A DNA stretch of 63,966 bases, filler included, from Craspedostauros australis (taxonomy: Eukaryota), in NCBI GenBank assembly GCA_030167865.1. It is 6 parts of 6 records of this genome, joined end to end, with 100 filler letters (N's around TTAATTAATTAA, not from the genome) between each part and the next. Parts side by side here need not be neighbours in the genome. Positions count along the whole stretch, not along the records: positions 6,616 to 13,507 come from JALAGF010003464.1; positions 13,608 to 32,041 come from JALAGF010003465.1; 4 more parts are not named here. One strand, given 5' to 3'. The position numbers and the translations under genes are program-made. A model generated the notes under the pieces. That model did not search any database, had not been told where the DNA came from, and worked only from the letters and a program-made list of their open reading frames with translations. Below are positions 11,701 through 21,970 of this stretch, piece by piece; within the stretch, counting starts at the first letter, position 1, and every line of letters starts with the position of its first letter.

Positions 11701-13386
11701 ATGATGTTTGCTATCAATGCACATTCCCGGCAATGCATGCCACGGTTGGTCGAAGGCTTGAACTCCGTGGTGCTGCGGAAGCTGTCATCAATCTCGGCAG
11801 CGAGAGCCGTGGGGCCTCGGTCACGATGCCTTGCCGTTGGTATAAACGGCGGTGAAGGTGTCGGAGGCCGCTTCTGCACAACCGGACCCCGTCGCACGTA
11901 CTCCAGCCATCGAATCGCAGCGTTCTATGCAATGCCGGCGCTGCCAGAAAGAGCATCGCCTCTGGCATCGGACAGCACTACACTACGTCACAGCTCCATC
12001 AGCACAGCAAGTTTCCGGCTTGGTCACGGATTTCAAGCCAAAGTTAGGGAGATCGTGGAAGCGCCGTTCGTGGACAAACGGAGACAACGATGGTTTTCAT
12101 CCGATCAACATCAAGCAAAGGATGCGAGAGACCTACCGTTGCGGTTGTCGCTGGTTGTATCCAGACTTGCCGGCGATGGCAACCTCAGCCGAAGGCAGGC
12201 GGAGTTGCAGATCCGACGTGGGAATGTGGCGGTCAATGGCAGGACCATCACATCGCCACAGTACGATTTGAATGCCGGTGTGCGATTTGGTGCCCCAGCC
12301 ATCACGGAAGACGTCGGAGATGCTCTCCCAGATGTTCGCGGTGTTGAGGAATCAGCTATATCGGGTGCAAGTGCGAACGACCATGCAGGCACGGCGGATA
12401 AAACGGAACAGGGCATGATTGAATCACAACACAATGATGCATCATCGAGAATCACGCTGGCTCTGAAAGGCAGGACGATAGTATCCGCCGATTCCATTGG
12501 TGAGCTGATTGAACGATACCACGCGAAACAGCAGCAGCTGGCACAGGCGTCATCGTCAGCCTCTGTGCTTCTGGACGGTGCAGGCAGTACCGATGCCCGT
12601 ATCCGCGATGACGGTACTACCCCCAAAGTATGGGCGGCACACAAGACGAAGGGAGAGCTGGTGGCCCACCACGATCCGCTCGGACGACCGACCCTCCTGG
12701 AGCGTTTGCAACGCGGAGGCTTGGGTCAGCACGAAGTGGGTGGACGGAACGTCACGCTGAAGCCCATCGGTCGACTCGACATGATGACGGAGGGATTGAT
12801 TTTGCTCACCAACTGCGGCAAGTACGCACGCGAGATGGAGCTGCCGTCATCTCAGCTGCATCGCACCTACCGAGTGCGGGTCCACGGGAGGATCACGCCG
12901 CAGAAGCTGGAACGGCTGCGCAGCGGCGGCATGTTCCGTTGGCAGGTTCCGAATGTTAGCGGCGATGGATACCAAACAGAACAGCAGTACTACGCCCCAA
13001 TGAAGGTCCAATTGGAAGCACCGCCCCGCGGAAGAGACGGCATCTTCAAGTTCCGAACGAACAACTGGATGCAGATTACGTGTCGCGAGGGAAAGAATCG
13101 ACAAATCCGCAATGCGTTGGCCAGCCTGGGTTTGACGGTGACGCGGTTGATCCGCATTTCGTTTGGCGACTACCGGCTCCACTCGATACCATCGGGGATG
13201 GTGATTCCAGTGCCGCACAAGCCCGTCCAGTCGCAAGCCCACCGAGGCAGGAAGAACTTCGACCAGCACGTCCTGCCGCGGCAACAGCAACGGAAACGCA
13301 AGGCAGAGGCTGAGAGGAGGAACGATGCTGGCAACGCAACTGCTGAAGGAGATGAGAACGGAGGTGTGCGGTGGTTGCAAGGTTAA
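11701..13386 (+). CDS. RsuA/RluB-family pseudouridine synthase (haplotype 2)
   Basis: Identical translation to 4709-6394. Confidence 0.9.
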   Translation: MMFAINAHSRQCMPRLVEGLNSVVLRKLSSISAARAVGPRSRCLAVGINGGEGVGGRFCTTGPRRTYSSHRIAAFYAMPALPERASPLASDSTTLRHSSISTASFRLGHGFQAKVREIVEAPFVDKRRQRWFSSDQHQAKDARDLPLRLSLVVSRLAGDGNLSRRQAELQIRRGNVAVNGRTITSPQYDLNAGVRFGAPAITEDVGDALPDVRGVEESAISGASANDHAGTADKTEQGMIESQHNDASSRITLALKGRTIVSADSIGELIERYHAKQQQLAQASSSASVLLDGAGSTDARIRDDGTTPKVWAAHKTKGELVAHHDPLGRPTLLERLQRGGLGQHEVGGRNVTLKPIGRLDMMTEGLILLTNCGKYAREMELPSSQLHRTYRVRVHGRITPQKLERLRSGGMFRWQVPNVSGDGYQTEQQYYAPMKVQLEAPPRGRDGIFKFRTNNWMQITCREGKNRQIRNALASLGLTVTRLIRISFGDYRLHSIPSGMVIPVPHKPVQSQAHRGRKNFDQHVLPRQQQRKRKAEAERRNDAGNATAEGDENGGVRWLQG

Positions 13387-13507
13387 CTTCGTCTCAATAG
13401 CGATGCAAATTACTTGGACCAATGAAGGCTAGAGCCTCGTCTTTGCACACTGTTGAGGCATGGAACAGCAGTGCTTCCAGAAGAGGAATAGCAACCGTGG
13501 AGGAGAG

Positions 13508-13607
13508 NNNNNNNNNNNNNNNNNNNNNNNNNNNNNNNNNNNNNNNNNNNNTTAATTAATTAANNNNNNNNNNNNNNNNNNNNNNNNNNNNNNNNNNNNN
13601 NNNNNNN
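13508..13607. other. artificial contig linker
   Basis: 44N-TTAATTAATTAA-44N. Confidence 0.98.
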
Positions 13608-14618
13608 TTGGTCGCCATCGGCAACCGCACCTGCCGCGGACAAGGCGCATGCAGCGATGTCGTCTCCGCGAGCTTCGAAGACTTGAGCTGCACCGGGGCT
13701 GCAGCATGCCAGAACGTGCAGGGCAGCGCCGCCGCCCGCTCTGGATGCAACGGCGTCCAAGCCTGTCAAGACATGGTGCAGTCCTCCGTCGGTGAGGAGA
13801 GTTGCCAAGGCACACAGGCATGCATGACATCCATGTTCATGACTGTGGTCAATGGCAGCTGTTCCGACACCCAATCCTGCCTCAGCGTGTCCGATTCTTT
13901 CATCGGCAACTTCAGCTGCACGGGAACAGGAGCCTGCAGCGACCTGCAGACGGGATCTTTCATCCTCAACGATGCCTGCACAGGCGATCAATCCTGCTCC
14001 GGGGTCTCTGAAGCCTTGGTCTTGAATCACTCTTGCTTCGGCACACAAGCATGTGCAGGAAGCAACGATGTCTTCGTGAGCATCAACTCTTGCCACGGTG
14101 AGCAATCCTGCCAATCCCTCAATGGTCCCGGAGTCATCGTCGCTGAATTCGCATGCCATGGCAAACGTGCATGCCTGGGCTTGTCGGAGAATGCCACCGT
14201 CAGCGAATCTTCCTGCTTCGGCGAGGATGCCTGCTCATCGTTGAGCCTCTCCACCATCGGACAAGCATCGTGCCTCGGATACCAAAGCTGCATCGATTCC
14301 AAGTTCACCTTCACAGGTGAATCCGCGTGCATCGGTGCGCGAGCATGCGCCAACGCATCTCCGGCGAAAGATGGCGAAATTGTCTTTGTCGGAGAAAACT
14401 CCTGCATTGGGGCAGAAGCATGCGACTCGATCGGTTCCATAGTTACCGGCAATTCCTGTATCGGTGATCTCGCATGCAAGGGCGTCAGCGCAGTTGTCGG
14501 AGCAGAAGCTTGCGTTGGCGAAAAGGCGTGCACGTGTGATGGATTCACCATGGCAGATGCTGAATTCATTCCGGATGGAATGTGCAATGAGGAGCTCGGT
14601 ACATCTTGCTGTCCTTGA
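13608..14618 (+). CDS. 3' part of the Cys-rich repeat protein (redundant copy, 5'-truncated by contig edge)
   Basis: Reverse complement of 2491-3501. Confidence 0.85.
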   Translation: MVAIGNRTCRGQGACSDVVSASFEDLSCTGAAACQNVQGSAAARSGCNGVQACQDMVQSSVGEESCQGTQACMTSMFMTVVNGSCSDTQSCLSVSDSFIGNFSCTGTGACSDLQTGSFILNDACTGDQSCSGVSEALVLNHSCFGTQACAGSNDVFVSINSCHGEQSCQSLNGPGVIVAEFACHGKRACLGLSENATVSESSCFGEDACSSLSLSTIGQASCLGYQSCIDSKFTFTGESACIGARACANASPAKDGEIVFVGENSCIGAEACDSIGSIVTGNSCIGDLACKGVSAVVGAEACVGEKACTCDGFTMADAEFIPDGMCNEELGTSCCP

Positions 14619-15536
14619 AATAGGATGGACAAGACTGATGAGCCTGGACGGATGTGAACATGATCGACACATCTGCAATAAGAGCCTGAGAGATGTGACT
14701 TCTCGTGCGAAGAATGGTCCTCTGTCGATACATATATATAATCACGTGAGTACTAAAATTTGTAGTAATGATCTACTCTCTGGAGAGAATGGTACTCGAA
14801 TGCGACGGCAATATTCCCGTATAGCATTTCCATCATGACACGGCGTGGCTTGGAGTCAGATGGACTCCTCTGCAAACATAGGCGCGTAGGTACATAGAAT
14901 TCCTACGTCACATCGCTGCAATGGGACGAGAAGGGAGAATGTGATGACCGAGACAGTCCTGGACTTGAGAACACTTGTACGTAGACCGACCCAAACTGAA
15001 TCGTCACTAAGTCCATTGGCTGAGTGTGTCATGTTTCAGTGTGTGCTGCTTGTTACATGCACTTGCATCACCGCAGGAATGTGCGTTGCATCCCCGATGG
15101 TTTCGTTTATATCACCCTTTTGGCGCCTTGCCCATCGCACAGCAACGAAGCAAATCAGACTTGGTGCGTGCCTGTTATACTGCTCAAAGTGATCTGGCCT
15201 ACCATCAATTCACTCCGCGCTTCTATTCTTTCGCATGGTCACCAGCGGACGCTTTCCCAGAGCATTCCAACCCAATCCATGGGAACGTGATGCCATTGTT
15301 GTTTGGCTCCTCAGTTTCAACTGTTGCTTTCCTGCGAACATCATTGGCGCGGCGTCAACTGATTCATGCTATGCTATGCTATGCCGTGTCGTGCTGTGCC
15401 GTGCCGTGCTGTGGTCTGCAAACCACGCCATCCCCAAAGGAAAGTGTCCATCGGGTCCACTCGATTGCGAACTTGCTTGGCCCAGTATCCGATGCAGATG
15501 ACCGTTGGGCAGAACATAGCATCGCATGACATAGCA

Positions 15537-15722
15537 TTACTCCACCAGGAAGTAGTACAGCAACGTCCCGGCAACTATCCCAACCACGACCATCGCGACG
15601 ACTCCAAGGCACAGATTCCGTTTCTCACGTCGCTGTCGCAATTCTCGTCCCGATAGCTGCCCCTCGCGCTGCTCCCTTGGCTGCTCTTCGCCGATGTTCT
15701 CAACGTCCTCGTTGCTTGGCAT
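15537..15722 (-). CDS. 61-aa putative tail-anchored microprotein (copy 3)
   Basis: Identical translation to 1387-1572. Confidence 0.4.
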   Translation of the reverse strand: MPSNEDVENIGEEQPREQREGQLSGRELRQRREKRNLCLGVVAMVVVGIVAGTLLYYFLVE

Positions 15723-16468
15723 GATGGCTGTTTCCTTGTGTTAGTTCTTGGAGTGGCTTGCTCTGCTCAGACCGCGCTTCTGCGTTGGTCTTGTCGTGCG
15801 CCTTCCCTCCCCTCTGCCGAATACTGTTGAAGCTTCAGCTCTGCCCTTGCGATGCCGCTTTTCCTAGTCGTATTCGTTCCACGAGATAGTCGTCGACGTT
15901 GAATGCTGTCACTCCAATTGAGTGGTGCCGATCTTGTTGTTGCTCTTGCTTTCTCTGTCTCTCTGGTTGCTGGGCATGTGACCCGTACATGCGGTCCTCT
16001 CTTGCGCGCCTGTGTTCCTCCCTTCTCTCTCTCTTGTTCGCACGAAGAGGTCGGAGAGACGAAAAGGTATCTTGTCACACATCACCGCAAAGATTGTGAT
16101 GTCCGTAACGGCCGTGTCAGACTTGATCCATTCATGCCTTCGAGTCATGAATGATGACGGAAATCGACTCATCGGACTGATGGTTGCCGACTGCCTCCGA
16201 CCGAACAAAGGAGGACAACAAACTTCGTTCTTTTGTTCTGGAGCGTTCTGTTGTCGTTCCCCTCTTCCCCTCTTCTTTGACATTGATGAAGCAGCGACGA
16301 ACCATCGTGGACTTCGAGCGGCAGTCGCGGCAACAACAGCAGCAAGGATCCTGATGCACTGCTGGATGAATGACTCTGTCACAATCAGCAACCGCCAAGG
16401 TCAAACACAAGAGACACGAACAGAATTCCACGACGACGACGACCACCAGCAGAAGCAGAAGCAACAGC

Positions 16469-17863
16469 ATGATGATGAAGAGCCGATGCTCGTTGCCCGC
16501 GACAGCCACAGCTGCAGCCTCCCTGCTGTTGATGGCATCCTTGTGGGGACCAGCACTCGGCCAGGCAACACATCATGCAAAGCAAGAGGAGGTGGTGCTG
16601 TCTGCATTGCCTGCGCACTGGTCAGATCTGGAAGCAGGCGATGGCATGCTGCAGATGAACTCGCCATTGGACACACCCATCATCGGCATTCTCACGCAGC
16701 CGTACATCGGTCGGAATGTGACACAGATCGCTTCTTCGTATCCCAAATGGTTGGAGATGGGTGGTGCGCGCAGCATCGCCATTCCCTACGACGCGACACC
16801 CGAGATGATTGCGGATCTTTACGACATTGTGGACGGCGTCCTCTTTCCTGGTGGTGCCAGCGCGGTGCCGGAATCCGCGAAGATCTTGTGGAAGATGATC
16901 GTGTCTGATGCCAATGACGGCAACGGCGTTGCCCATGGAAGTTCAGCATCGCCCAGCGAGCACCTGCGAGGCACGGATGCAGTATCATCATCATCGTACG
17001 GGTCGTCCGTCGACACAGAAGCATCAACCATGTCCCCTCATGCGTCGCTGCCTGTGTGGGGGACGTGCCTGGGATTCGAATACCTCCTGCAATTGGCAAC
17101 CAACAACTACATTGATATCCTCGAATCTGGCTTCGATTCGCACAACATTAGCCTGCCACTGGAGAATGTCAAGAAGCAGCTGCTGTACCGCAATGCCATC
17201 ACGTACAGCATCGTCACTAGATACAACGTCACAATGAATAGTCACCGTCAGGGTATCTCACCGAAGCGTTTTTTGGACACTCCGGATCTCACCAAGTACT
17301 GGATGATCACATCCACCAGCAAGGACCGGCAGGGACGCGAATTCGTCTCGACCATCGAACCCAACGACCCTCGCAGATTCCCGGTCTATGGCGTTCAATT
17401 CCATCCGGAGAAGAACGCCTTCGAAAACGGAAGGAACAAGGCAGATCCCAGCATTCCCTACCAAGCCATCGATCATTCGGCACGTGGTCTGGCTGCGGTG
17501 ACGATGGAACAGGTGCTGTACTTCACTGGGATTGTGCGCGCACATAAGCATAAACGCCGTCAGCAACGATCGCAAGAAACGTTGGACAAGATCGATCGTC
17601 TACAGCAGACGTCTCCATGGTTGTTCCGTCCCGTGTACCTGTACCCTACGCACCCCGACGTGTACTTTGAACAGATCTACGTCGTGCCGTTGGTAAGTGA
17701 ACTCGAGCAGAAAGCACCACCGAACAACGACGGCAATACTGCTTCCGGGCACACAGCGACTGCGGATATTGTCGCGGCCATGTCGTACTCCGAGATCATC
17801 GCGAGCGCTGCCCAGCGGTTTGTTGATGCTCTGCTCCTTGTGAAGATTCGTGCTGCATACTAG
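16469..17863 (+). CDS. GGH: gamma-glutamyl hydrolase (peptidase C26, class I glutamine amidotransferase fold)
   Basis: PIIGILTQP, SYPKWLEMGGAR, DGVLFPGG, nucleophile PVWGTCLGFE, YGVQFHPEK catalytic His; hydrophobic signal-like segment after MMMKS; upstream ATG 16370 is an alternative start. Confidence 0.92.
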   Translation: MMMKSRCSLPATATAAASLLLMASLWGPALGQATHHAKQEEVVLSALPAHWSDLEAGDGMLQMNSPLDTPIIGILTQPYIGRNVTQIASSYPKWLEMGGARSIAIPYDATPEMIADLYDIVDGVLFPGGASAVPESAKILWKMIVSDANDGNGVAHGSSASPSEHLRGTDAVSSSSYGSSVDTEASTMSPHASLPVWGTCLGFEYLLQLATNNYIDILESGFDSHNISLPLENVKKQLLYRNAITYSIVTRYNVTMNSHRQGISPKRFLDTPDLTKYWMITSTSKDRQGREFVSTIEPNDPRRFPVYGVQFHPEKNAFENGRNKADPSIPYQAIDHSARGLAAVTMEQVLYFTGIVRAHKHKRRQQRSQETLDKIDRLQQTSPWLFRPVYLYPTHPDVYFEQIYVVPLVSELEQKAPPNNDGNTASGHTATADIVAAMSYSEIIASAAQRFVDALLLVKIRAAY

Positions 17864-18198
17864 CAAGTGGAGCAGATCAACGCGGAGCACAGAACGTAGA
17901 AGCAGACTGGCAGATAGGAGAAGATCATGCACACCGCAGCATCAGGCAACACAAACTGACAGGACTACAAACAGCTGCTTGTCGGAAACAGATTAATGGC
18001 GAATAGTAGTGATTCGAAGAAGTACGCACGAGCTATTCCTCTGGTTTGCACCGTCCGAGCACTGTATCGATCGTTCCAAGTATCACTCTTTGCACTTCGC
18101 CCTTCATGTTTGGCTTCGCTCTCGGACTGAGCTTCTTCGTCAAGCGTAGAGTGCAGCAATCCCCGTCAGTGGAGTTGTGAGACATTGGCCGATGCTGT

Positions 18199-18555
18199 TG
18201 TTAAAATAGCGCGCTGCGGAATCGAACCACGGAGCCAGTCCACGCCTTGCATGAACACAAGAAATTAACGCTTATAACCCATGTCGCGACACCCTCCCTA
18301 ATTCTTGGATTCATGCCCTTGAGCCCCCTTATCATGAGGACCCCCCACACTCTATTTTTATACTGCCGCTGTAGGCAGTCGGCAAGTTTCGGGTGTTTCT
18401 GTGTGTTTTTGTAGCAGGGGTGGGTACCAGCCGACGGAATCGAACCTTAGGCCACGCTACCATGTTAAAATAGCGCGCTGCGGAATCGAACCACGGAGCC
18501 AGTCCACGCCTTGCATGAACACAAGAAATTAACGCTTATAACCCATGTCGCGACA
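18199..18555 (-). mobile_element. TRIM (miniature non-autonomous LTR retrotransposon), 357 bp
   Basis: Identical 93-bp TG...CA direct repeats at 18199-18291 and 18463-18555; flanking duplication TGCTGT at 18193-18198 and 18556-18561; minus-strand PBS TGGTAGCG at 18462-18455; PPT AGGGAGGG at 18299-18292; no ORF. Confidence 0.92.
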
Positions 18556-19544
18556 TGCTGTGACGCTGCGTACTGGAGAAACGGCGCGAAAGATGATTCT
18601 CGGCGATTGTATTCGACTTGGTCGTGGGATACTCATAGACTATGATGAAATGAACGACTTCCATTGCGAGTACGAGGAGACGACAACCACAAAACCAGAC
18701 AGGACACTACAAGAACACAACGGATCGGTCGACACGGAACCACGACATCCTCGAGCACGCTCGCATCAACGTACGCAAACACACTATTTGACAGAGCCAT
18801 ACGCTTTTCGATGGATGTGCTGCATGTCTCCACCCCCTGTATAATGTTGCGCAACAGCTTCCCTGATTGGGATGTACTATTCCATACGAGGACGGATGGA
18901 ACTCACTGATGGATCACGAGGATGCCGGAGATGAAGCAACAGGATATTGTTATGTGAATGCCAAAGACGGCAATGGCGACAATGGACAAAAATGGCGGTG
19001 GTCTTGCGCAATGGAGCATTTGGTAGATGATGCCAGCGTGGCCGTGCGAGTAAGCGACGAACACGAACAAACAAGCAAAGAGATTGGTCGGCATTCGCGG
19101 CTGGATTTGACACGCGGGTCTTCCCCTCGCACGCGCCCGCAGCGAGCAACGCGTAAAGGATCCATCGTCACTGCGCTACTTTCTCACAGTGATTCACTCT
19201 CAACTGACGTCCAGCAACTTCAGGAAGAGAGAGAGAGAGACGACCTTGAACAAAAATACATCGAAGGAATGAGGAGGCTGCTCTGTGATTACATTTGCAT
19301 TTTCGTAGCTTGAAGCAGAGTATGTACTCCACGTGCCTGCAATTGCAAACGAATGTCGATCCAGCTTGTCAGTCAAGGTACAAAGAGGATGGAGTTTCAG
19401 CTCTATTCTCTAACACCAGCAGTATCTGAAGTGCATTGCGCTGCATCATGCGATTCTCCTGCAAGTCTTCGTGTACAGTGCTCACTCACATGAACGAATA
19501 GTCATCGACTCGCACTGCTTTCCTCTCATCCATTCAACCAAATC

Positions 19545-21285
19545 GCGACGACGTGGGTAAAATACTCCTGCATACTCTGTGCTGGAATGTATTACTCGGA
19601 CTGCGGCCACCCTCAGATGGTTTTGGAGCATGCGAGCGGCATGTCACGAAAATGGCTTGACGGTAGTTCAAGCCTTAGTCCAATTGGGCGGACCTACCAT
19701 TTCTTCCAGCCCGGTAGATGAGTGGGAGGAGACGCCACTGTACTATGCGTGCGAATACAGAAGCAGGGACGTCGTTGAATACTTGTTGGAGTCTGATCGA
19801 ATTGATACCGATGCCAACGCCAAAACTTCGAGGGAGAGTCGCCTTTCCAGCGTGTGTTCCCACAAGGATGGAAGCAGGGACATTGTCGCGCATTTAGTTG
19901 AGTCGGATCGAACCCACATAGACATCAACATCCGAAATAGGATTGGCCAGACAGCGCTCCACCTTGCGTGTGAGGTTGGGAACAGCGACGCTGTTGCTTA
20001 CTTGATGAGCTGTGATCAAATCGTATCAAAGCGGAAGACAACAACGGCAACACGCTGGTTCGCTACGCTTGCTACCAAGAGGACAGGCACGTGCTTGAGT
20101 ACTTGGTCCAATCAAGTCATATCGATGTTCATGCGATCATCCACAGGCAGAAAAACACAGGCGATACGCCTTTTCGTGAGGCATGTCAGTTTGGAGGAGA
20201 GGATATCATTAACTTTGTTATGCAATCCGATAAGATCGGTATCGATGTCAATGGCAATACTCCATGCTATGCCATTTGTTGTCGCTTTTCGCAGACACGC
20301 GAATTGGAGGACTTGGCAGGGTCCAACCAATCGAACAGTGACAGTATCAGCGTCGGTATTGAAAATAGCATCAAGATTCAAAACAACGATAGTAATACAC
20401 CACTTCACATGCTGGGTTTGCATGGGCAACGCAACGTCATCAACGACATGCTCGATTCACCCATGACCGATACCAGCCTCTAGAAATCCAATACAGCGAA
20501 GGCGACACACCCCTCCACCTTGCTTTCGGCGTGGACAAGATCGTCGCATTCGACACTTCAGCGAGACTGTCTCACATCTTCGATTTCATCCAACAACAAG
20601 TTGTACCAACAACAAATCTTTGCGATCTCTGTCATCGAAACACCCGAAGTGTAGAAATGGACAATAGTCGACAGTTAATCCACAAGGCCAAGGCAATTGC
20701 AAACATCCAGAATCACAAGGGCAACACCTTCCTTCATCTCGCAGGCGAAAAAGGCAATGCTTCCATCCTTCGAAAGCTGATCGGGCATGGCTCACTGGAT
20801 GCAACACTTCAAAATAGCGAAGGTGACACGGCATTGCATTGCATTGCATTGCATTGCATTGCATTGCATTGTATAAGCGGGAGAAGGAGCAAGCACAAAC
20901 ACAATAGGAAGAGGAGAGGGGATAGAAGGAGTGTTGGCATCGTCCGCAACTACGTATGCGTGCAGGACGACAACGACGGCGCTGGTGCTGATCATGTCAC
21001 GACTCAACGGAGATGATGAAGGTGTTGGTCGAATCAAGCAACGTAAAGATTGAATTGAACATAGTGAGCAATGAAGAGGATACAGTGCTGCAGTGTGCGG
21101 TGAAGCACAATTGCCTGGAACTCGTTGAGCTCCTGGGGAGTTTGCATGTTGCTGACGCATGCATAGTACGAAACAAGAATGGCAGCAGTGCAGGGAAGGC
21201 AGCGCGGACGTTGCCACTTTTGCGGAATTTGCATGCGCAATCCTTCGTCGTGTTTCAGCTAATGGAATACTCTGCAACTGCATGA
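19545..21285 (+). pseudogene. degenerate ankyrin-repeat gene
   Basis: ETPLYYAC, GQTALHLAC, GDTPFREAC, NTPLHML, GDTPLHLA, GNTFLHLAG and GDTALHC motifs spread over several frames with stops; boundaries approximate. Confidence 0.75.
20831..20871. repeat. (GCATT)n pentanucleotide microsatellite
   Basis: About 8 tandem GCATT units inside the ankyrin pseudogene. Confidence 0.9.
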
Positions 21286-21970
21286 CTCGCACGACTCTCG
21301 AATACTACTCGATTCGAGTTGCCAAACGAGGAAGAGCCAACGCAACATTGCTGTGTACGGGACGGGACGGGACGGGACGTAAGCTTGCCGCCACGACGTT
21401 CCTTGTAGAGTACGGACATCCCTATTTCTCAAGGTTCATCACGCACGCTTCCGCTGCCACCACTCTACCATCAGCACCACCATGTGACCACCAACCAAGT
21501 TCATACGATCGACACGTACTTGCTCGCAGTCCATCCACAGTGCCATCAGCATACCAGCACCATCCTTCCAAGATGCTCTTCTTCTCTTTCCGTAATTCTT
21601 CTGTTAACTAAAGTAATCGAGTACTGCAACTTTCACCTGTTAATCTCAATCACATGCGATAGCCGGTGTGTGGTGTGTGAGACAACATCGTGTGTACGGT
21701 CATGACGAAGGTGGAGAACACTTCACTGCATGTCATACTTACAATGCCATTTCTGGTCGTCACTGCCAGACAAGTTCGCACTCAATTAACAACTGCTCAC
21801 GTACTTGTGTCGCAGACAATAAGTAACCAGATGGCATTTGTGCACGATGGAGACAGGAAAACTGGTTACTGTGACAAAACAATGACCAAAATTGCATACC
21901 GTTTGCGTCATCCAGTTTTGGCAGAAACGACACCCCGCAACTGTGGAGCATCGGTGCATCGGCGGAATAT

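Noticed and set aside
1..13507. Apparent 6.6 kb tandem duplication and inverted third copy
   Set aside because: The copies are separate contigs whose overlap ends exactly at the first variant, which indicates haplotype redundancy.
16012..16908. 298-aa ORF overlapping GGH (also 201-1097 and 6816-7712)
   Set aside because: Alternative frame of the GGH 5' region with no protein-like motifs.
18199..18555. Complete tRNA gene
   Set aside because: T-loop motif present, but no D arm or anticodon arm can be formed.
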